DNA of 63,951 bases, the filler included, from Octopus bimaculoides (Eukaryota): NCBI RefSeq assembly GCF_001194135.2. It is 6 parts of 6 records of this genome, joined end to end, with 100 filler letters (N's around TTAATTAATTAA, not from the genome) between each part and the next. Parts side by side here need not be neighbours in the genome. Positions count along the whole stretch, not along the records: positions 1 to 31,776 come from NC_068988.1; 5 more parts are not named here. One strand, given 5' to 3'. The stretch's first letter is position 1. The number at the start of each line of letters is the position of its first letter. The notes beneath the pieces are model-generated. The model did no database searches and was not told where the DNA came from. It worked only from the letters and a program-made list of their open reading frames with translations. The position numbers were made by a program, and so were the translations under genes. Shown in pieces: positions 1-12,430 of the stretch.

Positions 1-142
1 ATATATGTATATATATATATGTATATGTATATGTATATATATATATATATTTATTTATTTATTTATGTGTTTCAGCCAAGTGGCTGCGGTCATGTTGTAA
101 ATAAAGTAACATATACTAAATTATATATGTAAGTATATGTGG

Positions 143-174
<32 letters not shown>

Positions 175-830
175 GTGCGCGCGTATGTATGTGTATGTGT
201 GTGAATATATACATATAGATATACACACACACACACTTACAAACACATACATACATACATACATACATACATACACGCATACATGCATACATATATGGGG
301 TAGGGTCTATAAATCTACAACTAACGTAATGCTTCAAAATTCCACCGACTTTCACTTTACTGTTTCAAACATCGGAAATGGGAACGATCCAAAATACGAT
401 GTACAGACCAGTTGCTACTTGGTCTATACAATCAATGATAGCCCCGCTAAAATGTATAATATTTTCAAACTGTTAGACACCACTATTGTTGTTGTTATTG
501 CTATTGTCGTAGTGAGGTTGTGTCGCTAGGATGCATCGCTAGAGACTCGTATATTTACTTCTGCTTTTTACGGACTAAATCCCACTAAAATCAGATTTCT
601 TTTGTCCTTCAGGAGTTAAGTATTGGGGTCATTATACTCGACTAACCCCTATCCCAAAATTTCTGATGACGGCCTAACTGTTCGAAACTTTGAAGTCACT
701 GTCAGTCAGTACTATGTTAATTAAAAGATAATAAATTAGTACTCTACAAAAAGTATTGAGTAATATTTCAGTTTAATGTAAAATTGGTTTTATTATAGCT
801 TAATATAAAAACAAACACTAATAATGTTAT

Positions 831-1192
831 AGGTGTATGCATGGGTGTGTGGTAAGAATTTTGCTTCCCAACCACATGTTTCTGGGTTCAGTCTCACTGT
901 GCAGCAACTTGGACAAGTGTCTTTTGCTATAGTCTCGAGCCAATTAAAGCCTGGTGAGTGGATTTGATAGATGGAAACTGAAAGAAACCCGTGGTATATG
1001 TGTGTGTGTGTGTATGTGTGACTTCGTGTCTTTCTCCACCACTACCACTGCATGACAACCGGTGTTAGTGCGTTTACGTCCCAGTAACAAGAAGAAAGAA
1101 GAACTGGGGTCGATTCATTTGACTAAAAATGTTTGAAGGCGGTGCCCCAGCATGGCCGCGGTCTAATGGGTAAAACAAGTAAAAAAAAAGAA
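831..1192 (+). mobile_element. tRNA-derived SINE family A, near full length
   Basis: Head GGTGTGTGGTAAG...TTCCCAACC...GGGTTCAGTC, internal (TG)n, 3' CCAGCATGGCCGC...ACAAGTAAAA; matches other copies in the window. Confidence 0.9.
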
Positions 1193-1200
1193 GCTAAATG

Positions 1201-1234
<34 letters not shown>

Positions 1235-1734
1235 NNNNNNNNNNNNNNNNNNNNNNNNNNNNNNNNNNNNNNNNNNNNNNNNNNNNNNNNNNNNNNNNNN
1301 NNNNNNNNNNNNNNNNNNNNNNNNNNNNNNNNNNNNNNNNNNNNNNNNNNNNNNNNNNNNNNNNNNNNNNNNNNNNNNNNNNNNNNNNNNNNNNNNNNNN
1401 NNNNNNNNNNNNNNNNNNNNNNNNNNNNNNNNNNNNNNNNNNNNNNNNNNNNNNNNNNNNNNNNNNNNNNNNNNNNNNNNNNNNNNNNNNNNNNNNNNNN
1501 NNNNNNNNNNNNNNNNNNNNNNNNNNNNNNNNNNNNNNNNNNNNNNNNNNNNNNNNNNNNNNNNNNNNNNNNNNNNNNNNNNNNNNNNNNNNNNNNNNNN
1601 NNNNNNNNNNNNNNNNNNNNNNNNNNNNNNNNNNNNNNNNNNNNNNNNNNNNNNNNNNNNNNNNNNNNNNNNNNNNNNNNNNNNNNNNNNNNNNNNNNNN
1701 NNNNNNNNNNNNNNNNNNNNNNNNNNNNNNNNNN

Positions 1735-1786
<52 letters not shown>

Positions 1787-2149
1787 ACCTTCCCCACCCA
1801 GGTTCTTTGTATACTTTTCTTTTCTTTACAGTTCAATGTAGTATCACATTTCTAGAGAATTTGTTTTTGAGCTTCCATTTACATCGTTAATCATTTACAA
1901 AATGATTAGAGGGTGTGTGAAGGTGTATAAATACATACATACATGCATACATACATACATACATACATACATAAATACATACATACATACATACATGCAT
2001 GCATATACATACATGTATACACATACATGGTAATGGTTACTTTTCTACATCTCATGAAACTTACAACACCTGCACACATACATGTACATATGTATATGTA
2101 TATTTATATATACATAAATGTATATATGTATACACACGCATACATATGC

Positions 2150-2194
<45 letters not shown>

Positions 2195-2235
2195 CACACA
2201 CACACACATATGTGCACACGCACATACATGTACAT

Positions 2236-3013
2236 ATGATGTTAGTCTACCCTTATTTTGAGGACGTATTAATAACATGCACTAAGTATGGATTCAGGGC
2301 ATCCGTATACCGCAAGCCGACCTTCACTGGACGATACCTCAACTTCAGTTACCACCATCCATACAGTGTAAAGAGATGGATTGCTCAGTGCCTAAAACAT
2401 TGTGCAAAGAATATAAGTAGCGATCGTCATACACACCACGAAGAAATGATCAAGCTCAATAACAGTCTATTAAGCCTCAACTACCCCAAAAACATACTAT
2501 CCACTCCAATTGTGAAGAAAGGAGAGGATGATACCAATAAACTGTCCACAGTTTGTCTACCCTATGCGAAACGCCTCCCTGAAAAGATACAAAAGATATG
2601 CGGCCTATATGACATCAGGACAGTATTCAAGAGTAATACAACACTTCGCAAATATCTCCTTCGAGTAAAACCACCAATAGAAGAGAATATGACTAAAGAC
2701 TTCATGTACTCCATCCCATGCACCTGTGGTATGTTATACAAAGGCGAAACATGCCGCCCCCCCCCCCACACACAAAATAAGCATAGACGAACATCGTAAA
2801 GCTGTGACACGAGGAAATATTGATAAATCGCGTATAGCTGATCATGTATGGAAAATAGAGACCACCTCCCCCTGTAGGATGAAGTTAAAATAATAGACAG
2901 AGAACACCATGGGAAAATACGAAAGCTAAAAGAAGCAGCACATATGCTAGAACATAATCACCTCCTAAGCAGACCAAGTGCAGATATGAGTAGCATATGG
3001 GAACCGTATTAAG
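2236..3013 (+). mobile_element. Penelope-like retroelement remnant: RT C-terminus plus GIY-YIG endonuclease, 5'-truncated, frameshifted
   Basis: Reads VYRKPTFTGRYLNFSYHHP...MYSIPCTCGMLYKGETCR. After a poly-C frameshift it continues DEHRKAVTRGNIDKSRIADHVW...KIRKLKEAAHM...WEP. These are hallmark PLE thumb and GIY-YIG motifs. Confidence 0.9.
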
Positions 3014-3070
3014 GAAGGATAGGAAAATAGTAGATTTATAAGCCCTAAAATTCACTCCATAATTGCCCAC

Positions 3071-3349
3071 GGGCATATGGCGTAGTGGTTAAGAGTGCGA
3101 TTCCAAGCAGCGACCTGAATAATTATAATAATGACAATAATAATAATAATAATAATAATAATAGCATCGGAAAATACCTTAGGAATGAGAACCCAGGTTA
3201 TAAATTTCCTCAAGGCACCTGATGAAGGATGGAGGGTATATCATCCGAAACGTTGTGTTAACAACAAACAAGATGAGGACAAATATCCGTCAAATCTAAA
3301 TAATATAAATGATGTGCATAATTCCTCATCTCTTAAATATAGAACTGTA
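3071..3349 (+). mobile_element. tRNA-headed, hammerhead-containing repeat unit (PLE pLTR or SINE-like)
   Basis: A-box TGGCGTAGTGG (3078-3088), B-box-like GTGCGATTCC (3095-3104), (AAT)n, HHR at 3214-3259, 9-bp inverted repeat at 3271-3279/3323-3331. Confidence 0.7.
3214..3259 (+). ncRNA. Minimal type I hammerhead ribozyme, apparently intact
   Basis: GGCAC-CTGATGA-A-GGATGG-AGGGTATA-TCATCC-GAAAC-GTT-GTGTT: full core, 6-bp helix II, palindromic ACGT helix III, 5-bp helix I (2 G.U pairs). Confidence 0.8.
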
Positions 3350-3837
3350 CCCACAAGATTATCTACGATCTTTCGAACAACAAGTTGGGCACTTTTTTTG
3401 AATTCCATATGGCAAACACTCGTGGACATACAAAATCAAAAAGCGACACAGCACCTTTGACTTTCGGAAATATTTTTTTACGCTCAGAATTGTTGGAGCA
3501 TAGAATAAACTACCCACGTCAGTCGTTAGCTGTCGAGACACTACATCCTCCAAAACTTCCATGCTGCCTGAAATTCACCAACAGTACATCTGATGGCTTT
3601 TTTTTTTGTTCTTGGTCGTAGTGCACCTCACCACTGTTATACAACAATTTCTTTCATATGTTTCATACACCTCCTCACACACATATGTCTATTTATATAC
3701 ATGCGCGTGCGTGTGCGTGTGTGTGTGTGTATGTGTGTGTGTGTGTGTGTATAATGATAATATTAAGGAATAAAATCCAAAACTTACAGGGAAAATTCAA
3801 TTTAGCAAAACTAAATCAAATTTCCCAATATAAAATA

Positions 3838-4786
3838 TATGCATATTATTTACAAAAGTAGGTCAAATTGTTGGTGCTCGTATGGCAGGTGCTAGCTTAA
3901 CAAAAACAACCGAAATGTTTGGTGTATCAAGAAGTACTGTCTCGAAAGAAATGACAACCTTTGAGAAAGAGCGAAAAACTTCCCCGTCGAAACAAAACTC
4001 CGGAAGAAAGCCAAAACTTTCAGATAAGGACCATCGGACTCATGCGAATTGTTAGAAAGGACCACAAAAGTACAGTTCCCAAAATTACTGTAGAGCATAA
4101 TGACCACCTCTGGAAACCATTTCCCACAAAAACTGTTTGCCGGGAGCTGCACAAAGCCGAAATTTCACGGGAGGGTTGCAATCAGGGAACCACTACTTTC
4201 AAAAACAAACGTTGCACAGCATTTAGATTGGAGTAAAAACCTACAGAATTGGTCCCTAGAGCAGTGGAAGAATCTTATTTTCTCGGACGAGCCATCCTTT
4301 ACCATATTTCCCACCTCTGGATGAGTATACGTGTGGAGATAGCCAAAAGGAGCATTTGACCCAGACTGCTTTCTTCCAACTGTTAAACATGGAGGAGGAT
4401 CAGTGATGATCTGGGGAGCTATATTTTGGAAATCTGCCGGTCCAATGGTTTCCTTTCATGGAAGAATTAATAGTCAAGATTATTTAAGCATTTTATCTGA
4501 TCAAATTCATCCTATGGTTGCGGAACTGTTTCAGGAGGAAACGCAATCTTTCAGGATGATAATGCACTAATTCACACAGCTAAAGTTGTTACTGAATGAC
4601 ACGAGGAACATTCTAGTGAACATCTTATCTGGCCACTACAGACCCCAGATATCAATATTATTGAACATTTATGGTGAATTTTAGAAAAAACAAGGAAGGC
4701 GTCGATATCCTCCAACATCATCACTACAAGAACCGGAGACTGTTTTAGCAGCAGAATGCACAAAAAGTCCTTGGGAAACAATTCAA
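3838..4786 (+). pseudogene. Tc1-family (DD34E-type) transposase relic, cut by a gap
   Basis: RGQIVGARMAGAS...GVSRSTVS...SGRKPKLS; IFSDEPSF; TVKHGGGSVMIWG; FQDDNA.IHTAK; WP.QTPDINIIEHLW. Multiple frameshifts and stops. Confidence 0.95.
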
Positions 4787-4980
4787 NNNNNNNNNNNNNN
4801 NNNNNNNNNNNNNNNNNNNNNNNNNNNNNNNNNNNNNNNNNNNNNNNNNNNNNNNNNNNNNNNNNNNNNNNNNNNNNNNNNNNNNNNNNNNNNNNGTATG
4901 ACAATCAGGCAAGCCAACATTCCACCAGAACTGAATGCTAGTCTGCTGCAGGGTTACACATTTACAGTTGAGTACATATC

Positions 4981-5011
<31 letters not shown>

Positions 5012-5340
5012 CAGACAGAGAGAGAGTGTGTGTGTGTGTGTGTGTATACGTGCGTGCGTGCAGGCATGCGTGTGTGTGTGTGTGCGTGCGTGCGTGTGCG
5101 TGTGTGTGTATGTGTATGTGTGTGTGTTCGTGCGTGTTTATGATTATGCCGCTTAAGATCTGTGATGTGCATCCACCGTAACATAGAGGCTTGACAAAAA
5201 CATATTTAAAAACTAAGTACCGAACTTAACAATAATTACAGGGGTTAACATGCTTGATTAAAACCTCGATATCAATCCAGTAACCAGTAAAAGACTAAGT
5301 CAATAAATGAATATATACACCAGACTGAATTTTAAATATC

Positions 5341-5490
<150 letters not shown>

Positions 5491-5720
5491 TGAGTGAGAG
5501 CGCAGCGCATGCCATCAAAGTAACACTGGGATACAAATATAGAAAGCCCAATATACCGATCATGAACACTTGTCTGATGAGGATACATCAGGCAAGTGCA
5601 TCACAGCCATATGTGCGCGGCATGGTCATCTCATATCATGATAAACAGCACATGACCTTGCAGGTGGGGACCAGGTAGAGTTTTTTCAAGTCGAGTAACC
5701 CATCTCACTTAAAAGATCCC

Positions 5721-5752
<32 letters not shown>

Positions 5753-5980
5753 TAGTTTTATTTTTATAACGTGCTTTCACTTCACTACCGAGCGCAGCTC
5801 TGTGCGCCTTGGGTATGTGCTGTGGTTTGCTGTGGTGCTCTTATGTTTACTGTATTGAAAGTGTTTTGCGTAGGATGTGTGCAGTACCCAGTAGTGCAAT
5901 TTTCTGTATGTTATATATATTTGTAAGTCCTGCTATTTTTGTTATGTATTTGTCTGAATATTTTTTTATTATACCTAAGG
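5721..5980 (-). mobile_element. R4/Dong-type (RLE) LINE 3' end with (AAT)n tail, cut by a gap
   Basis: LGIIKK...IQKIALLGTAHILRKTLSIQ* is the typical RLE-LINE C-terminus, followed by a short 3' UTR and an (AAT)n tail. Confidence 0.8.
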
Positions 5981-6789
5981 NNNNNNNNNNNNNNNNNNNN
6001 NNNNNNNNNNNNNNNNNNNNNNNNNNNNNNNNNNNNNNNNNNNNNNNNNNNNNNNNNNNNNNNNNNNNNNNNNNNNNNNNNNNNNNNNNNNNNNNNNNNN
6101 NNNNNNNNNNNNNNNNNNNNNNNNNNNNNNNNNNNNNNNNNNNNNNNNNNNNNNNNNNNNNNNNNNNNNNNNNNNNNNNNNNNNNNNNNNNNNNNNNNNN
6201 NNNNNNNNNNNNNNNNNNNNNNNNNNNNNNNNNNNNNNNNNNNNNNNNNNNNNNNNNNNNNNNNNNNNNNNNNNNNNNNNNNNNNNNNNNNNNNNNNNNN
6301 NNNNNNNNNNNNNNNNNNNNNNNNNNNNNNNNNNNNNNNNNNNNNNNNNNNNNNNNNNNNNNNNNNNNNNNNNNNNNNNNNNNNNNNNNNNNNNNNNNNN
6401 NNNNNNNNNNNNNNNNNNNNNNNNNNNNNNNNNNNNNNNNNNNNNNNNNNNNNNNNNNNNNNNNNNNNNNNNNNNNNNNNNNNNNNNNNNNNNNNNNNNN
6501 NNNNNNNNNNNNNNNNNNNNNNNNNNNNNNNNNNNNNNNNNNNNNNNNNNNNNNNNNNNNNNNNNNNNNNNNNNNNNNNNNNNNNNNNNNNNNNNNNNNN
6601 NNNNNNNNNNNNNNNNNNNNNNNNNNNNNNNNNNNNNNNNNNNNNNNNNNNNNNNNNNNATAAGTAACATTTGAGGATGTAACTGAGTAGTCCCCTCCCC
6701 GCAAATTTGAAGCCTTGTGCCTCCAGTAGAAAGGATTATTATTATCATTATTATCATTCATATACGCTAAACAGATTAGACTATTGGAA

Positions 6790-7110
6790 AAGAAAAGAAT
6801 CCTAACATCATGCTACAACAAGTAGCCTTAGATGCCAAGAACCCTCCTATTTGTTACAACAAGTAACCTTAGGTGCCAAAAACCCTCCTAAGTATCCTAG
6901 CTGTCCCTAATAACACTGTTTTCGACAGCTGTACTAAACTGGGTTTTATGCCTATTTCCTCTATTCATCTGTTCAGATCTTTAAGGATAGTTCCCAGTGC
7001 ACCTACTGGGATACATTTTACCTGCACTTTCCATAGTCTCTGTAATTCGATAGCTAGGTCGTGGTACTTTGCTATTTTCTCTATATTTCTCATATTACTT
7101 TTTTCATCAT
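6790..7110 (-). mobile_element. R4/Dong-type (RLE) LINE 3' end
   Basis: EKIAKYHDLAIELQRLWKVQVKCIPVGALG...KTVLLGTARILRR. Confidence 0.85.
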
Positions 7111-7130
7111 TTGGACTGTAAAATCAATTA

Positions 7131-7132
7131 TC

Positions 7133-7210
<78 letters not shown>
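7131..7210. repeat. (GATA)n microsatellite (also at 14211, 28790, 33830, 40800, 55025)
   Basis: Directly visible. Confidence 0.95.
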
Positions 7211-7588
7211 TGTGTATGCGTATCAGGCTATACGAGTTATCGCATTTGTGTATTCCACATACGTCCAAAACCCGACAAGAACACAATAAAATCCCATTAA
7301 ATACGCTATTCAATAAATGTTTTTAACGAACACTTAATGAATGAACACCCTTGCAACAAACCTATGCAATACACACAGCATTAACAACGACGACGACGAC
7401 AACATTGCAAATACTGAAGAACATTGGAAAGCACAAAAACGGGGGTCAGATGTAGATAAGACTTCCGCGACTCCTTGTTACTAAGTAACACAATCATATA
7501 TGTGTCTGCATGTTTCTATGTATGCACGTTTACACGCACACCCACAAACACCAACACACATATATTAACATATATGTGTGTGTGCGTA

Positions 7589-7636
<48 letters not shown>

Positions 7637-10015
7637 NNNNNNNNNNNNNNNNNNNNNNNNNNNNNNNNNNNNNNNNNNNNNNNNNNNNNNNNNNNNNNNN
7701 NNNNNNNNNNNNNNNNNNNNNNNNNNNNNNNNNNNNNNNNNNNNNNNNNNNNNNNNNNNNNNNNNNNNNNNNNNNNNNNNNCGTATGTATGTATGTTTGT
7801 ATGAATGTATGTATGTATGTATGTTTGTATGTATGTTTGTATGTATGTTTGTATGAATGTATGTATGTATGTATGTTTGTATGTATGTTTGTATGTATGT
7901 ATGTATGTATGTTTGTATGTATGTTTGTATGTATGTATGTATGTATGTTTGTATGTATGTATGTATGTATGTATGTATGCATGTGTAAACATTTGAATGT
8001 AAAGAACGCCGTAAGCAAGAAAAAAAATTAAATACACGGGTACGTTTGTAATCATTTTAGATAGATATATACATATATACATACATACATACATACATAC
8101 ATAAACATAGTACATATATATATATATATATATATGCATATATACATACAATGTATACATATAAAAATATATCTACATACATATATACACACACACACAC
8201 ATATACGTGCACACACGCATACACAGACATGCATATACATACACGCGCTTTTACATACAGTCACTCATCACGTTTTGGCTGCATTGATTTACCCGACTCA
8301 ACCAACCTGCATTCATGCTAGGCTGAACGTCTGACTACTAAATTAAGAATTCAGTGAAACAGAAGATACAAGCTGTCGACTGGCCATTTGGATTGAGAGA
8401 ACAAGACAACAGAAAACCCTTCACCGCTATGTTGACATGTCATTCGTCGCTCTGCACAACAATACAACGATGTCTTACATAAGCAAACGTAAACTCGGCT
8501 TTCTTATAGAGTAAAGGGCTTATAAAAGATAATACCTGGTAGAACATTCTTCGACAGTTTACTCTTTCAACTTTTCTTACAGTACTTTATTATTATTTTT
8601 ATGCATATGTTGTTGTTGTTGTCGTTGTTGTTGTCGCTGTCGTTGGCGTCTTTGTCGTCGTTGTTGTTGTTTTGTTTCATAGGCGCGTGTATTTATTCCT
8701 ACCGAAATTTCTATGAGGAACCATAACGAACAATTACGAAATGTGACGACTGATGGCGAAATATGACGGAATAAAGGACAAACAAACACTTGACGGACGA
8801 CGGCAGAGAAATTAACGAGATTCTTTTCATCCAAATGCAAAGACTACTTGATCGGCGATTTTGCAATTTTTGACAGGCAAGGCATGGCGTGTAATGCTCT
8901 GCTCTTTGTATAATACGTTATGTCAGTTAAACACACATAAACACATACTTATACATACTTGCACATGTACACGCGTACACAAATACAAACAGTATATGAA
9001 GTAATGTTATTGTTGCCGTTAACTTGTTATTGCGAGAGTGATGGCGTTTGTAACGATTGACTAGGATTAATAAAATCCGGACTAGATGTTTTACAGATAT
9101 TTACTTCAATTGCGAACGTCTGTACATTCAACAAATCTAACAGAGGTTATAAGAAAGAAGTTTAAACAATTAACAAGTACTACCCACCCACCAAAACTCG
9201 ACCGACAAAATCCCTCCATACACACACACACACACACACACATAAACGAACACATAGGTATGCGTGGCTGCATATATTATATAGTTATATTATATACACA
9301 CTTATATGTGTATATATGTACACAAACAAAGACATATATGTTTACGTACATATGTATGTGTATGTATGTATGTGTACATGTACATAGATAGACAGACAGA
9401 CAGATAGATATGTAGACAATATGTATATAGACAAACATATATGTATGTACATATATATTTGGACATATGTATGTAAATATGAATATATATATATATATAT
9501 ACATAGAGAGAGAGCGAGAGAGAGAGACAAAGTGGCAGAGAGAGACATACATATACATATATCAAATATATATGTACATGTATATGCATGTGTGTGTGTG
9601 TATGTATATATNNNNNNNNNNNNNNNNNNNNNNNNNNNNNNNNNNNNNNNNNNNNNNNNNNNNNNNNNNNNNNNNNNNNNNNNNNNNNNNNNNNNNNNNN
9701 NNNNNNNNNNNNNNNNNNNNNNNNNNNNNNNNNNNNNNNNNNNNNNNNNNNNNNNNNNNNNNNNNNNNNNNNNNNNNNNNNNNNNNNNNNNNNNNNNNNN
9801 NNNNNNNNNNNNNNNNNNNNNNNNNNNNNNNNNNNNNNNNNNNNNNNNNNNNNNNNNNNNNNNNNNNNNNNNNNNNNNNNNNNNNNNNNNNNNNNNNNNN
9901 NNNNNNNNNNNNNNNNNNNNNNNNNNNNNNNNNNNNNNNNNNNNNNNNNNNNNNNNNNNNNNNNNNNNNNNNNNNNNNNNNNNNNNNNNNNNNNNNNNNN
10001 NNNNNNNNNNNNNNN

Positions 10016-10051
<36 letters not shown>

Positions 10052-10057
10052 TATATT

Positions 10058-10090
<33 letters not shown>

Positions 10091-10588
10091 TCACGTAATG
10101 ATATTGTTCGCTATATCTCCTCTTTTTGTGCGTAATAATATTCTTTACAAAAAATATAACTAAAAATCGGCGCGTACAGGCAGCCAGTCATACTGCAGTA
10201 ACTGGCCTATTGACAGTGTTTGTACATTAAGTATAATACATGGATAACTATTTTTATTTAATACTATCTCAGTTGTGTGCACGAGGTTTTTATTCAGACG
10301 GGCGGCTATTCGCGACATCAGTGAATGCTTTATTCATTTGTTTCCATTTGTTTCGCGTCAATGGAAACACCCAAAATGGCCGAAATGCATATGGTGTTCC
10401 CTCGGGCTGTTCTGTTACGAATTTTCGTCTCTGGCTGATATTCATTTCGTTAAAAACACAGCCAGTTTTCAAGAGATGTTATCTCAGAGGGAAAACTGCA
10501 GTAACTGTTGTATAACGAGATTCTTTTCATCCAAATGCAGAAAGTATGCTATACCGGTAGGTACAATATGTTTGTGTGTGTTTCTCTT

Positions 10589-10645
<57 letters not shown>

Positions 10646-10717
10646 GTACGTATGTATGTATGCATGTATGCATGCATGCATGCATGTATGTATGTATGTA
10701 TGTATGTATGTTTGTAT

Positions 10718-11115
10718 GATATCTTGAGTATTGAGGCGATGGTGCACAAGCACCAGTTACGTTGGACTGGACACGTTATTAGAATGAAGGATAGCAGGAT
10801 TTCTGACTGGGAGAGTAATGCCTGTCATCTCCACAGATGGAGGAAGCAGGTTAAGGAGGGGATCAACACTTTTGAGAGAGCACGTATCCAGCATGAAGAA
10901 TTTAAGCATGCTGCGCGAAAGTGTACGGCTCATATAGTGAATGGGGAAAGCTTAATCTGCAATGTTTGCAGTCGTGTATGCTTATCAAGAGCAGGGCTCA
11001 TTAGCCACCAACGGAGCCATAAATGCAAAATGTAAGTTAGTACTAGAGCGCAGAATGTTCCTGAAGGTCGGCAATGGTCTTCCTCGGTCACGAGTGGACA
11101 GCCATCATCATGTAT
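10718..11115 (+). mobile_element. RTE (BovB-like) LINE 3' fragment
   Basis: QLRWTGHVIRMKDSRI...RWRKQVKEGINTFERAR...CNVCSRVCLSRAGLISHQRSH*, then a short UTR and (CAT)n/(ATGT)n tail. Confidence 0.9.
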
Positions 11116-11159
11116 GCATGTATGTATGTATGCATGTATGTATGTATGTATGTATGTAT

Positions 11160-11320
11160 GTATTGCAGGTATTGGTGGTGCAAATCAGAGGTGCAATCTG
11201 TGTGGGTGTTTTTTCAAAACACTGTCTGGTTTAAAAAGCCACATCAGACGCCATGAAAGGGCTAAGGTGTAGGTGCAGGAGGTGGTCAAACTCTGTTTAA
11301 GGAGTAGACAACCACCAAAA
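11160..11320 (+). mobile_element. Second RTE-type 3' end (different subfamily)
   Basis: RCNLCGCFFKTLSGLKSHIRRHERAKV*, the same terminal CCHH pattern. Confidence 0.6.
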
Positions 11321-12058
11321 AATGTATGTATGTATGTATAGTGAATAATTTCATTGACTTCGAAATTTTGAAGCTTCGCCGCCCGCTGATCTTAACATGT
11401 CCACATCTTTCTACGATTTGAAAACAATTTCAACAAATCTTTTACAGATCTGAACTACCAGCCATCGAGACATATTAGTTAACAACACAGTGGTCAGTTA
11501 GTACGTTCTTAACCTAAATTCGGATTTATTGTGCTTAATATTCAACACAGCAAAACAGATTAAAAAATATAAATAAAGATTACTGTAAAATCTCCGTTGA
11601 CAAAATGCACGTTTTGTATTTCTGTATGACTTCATTGTGCTGTTTTTATTTGTATTTAAGTATCATTATCGAATGCAACAGATGTTTTATAGGGGAAAGA
11701 AAGCAACGTATGAATAAGTTAAATGAATGGAAGTTGAAATGAGTTGGTCTTCTAGTGAACGTGTCAACTTGCCTTTGTTGTTGTTGCTGTTTCTTTTCAT
11801 GGTGGCTACATCATCGTGACACAGCTGATTGATTACTTTTGTGGCGTTCTTCGTGACTTGGTTTCCTATTGTGTAAAGATTGATGTCTGTTTAACACAGA
11901 GTTTTGAAAACATTTTAATTGATACAATTATTATTATTATTATTTAATTACTATCATTTTCAAAAGGCTCTGCACTCACACTTCTAGACTAGTAACCGAT
12001 CTTCAGTTGAACTCGACAATTTCACATCACTATTTTGACAAGTACAACAAAATATCTT

Positions 12059-12098
12059 CTTCGCGGTGGAGGTCTAATAAGATCGAAACTATATAGAG
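12059..12098 (+). ncRNA. Decayed type I hammerhead motif, related to the 13705 copy
   Basis: CTTCG-CGGTGGA-GGTC-TAATAA-GATC-GAAAC-TATAT-AGAG. Helix II intact, core mutated; lies about 150 nt upstream of a PLE ORF start. Confidence 0.4.
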
Positions 12099-12244
12099 TT
12101 GTCTCCCATACGAGCTGAAATGAAATAGGAGAGTATTGTAGTTCGCTTGAAGCATTGTGTATTGTTTGTAAAATACAATGTGTCTTGACTGACACAACAA
12201 CGCACTATAATAACAACAATGGACTATAATAACTATAATACACA

Positions 12245-12430
12245 ATGCTTCAAGCGAACTACAATACTCTCCTATCTCTATGCTTAGGCCAGGCCGAGTT
12301 CGCAACTGCTAGGGAGTTAATCAAGCTATCAGAGAAACGTGCTAAAATCGGATGCCAAATAAACTTTCCTAAACGCTGCCTAAAAAACAACATAATTCCC
12401 AACACAATCAGGAACATAGAGAATATATAT
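12245..12430 (+). mobile_element. Penelope-like ORF N-terminal fragment
   Basis: RELIKLSEKRAKIGCQINFPKRCLKNNIIPNTI resembles the PLE N-terminal pattern (K..R...H..FL.RC...N.IP). Preceded by an HHR relic. Confidence 0.5.

Noticed and set aside
137-529. 130-aa ORF with a non-repetitive second half
   Set aside because: Starts in a microsatellite; no recognisable domain or convincing splice sites.
655-705. CTGATGA...GAAAC...GTC hammerhead-like string
   Set aside because: Helix II and helix I do not pair, and it falls in the decayed tail of a family B SINE.
10362-10395. GGCC-GAAA-TGCATA resembling the 3' half of the intron HHR
   Set aside because: No recognisable core or 5' helix arms; too weak to call.
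10960-11270. C2H2-like zinc fingers suggesting a host ZNF gene
   Set aside because: They are the terminal CCHH motifs of RTE LINE ORFs, preceded by LRWxGHVxRM.
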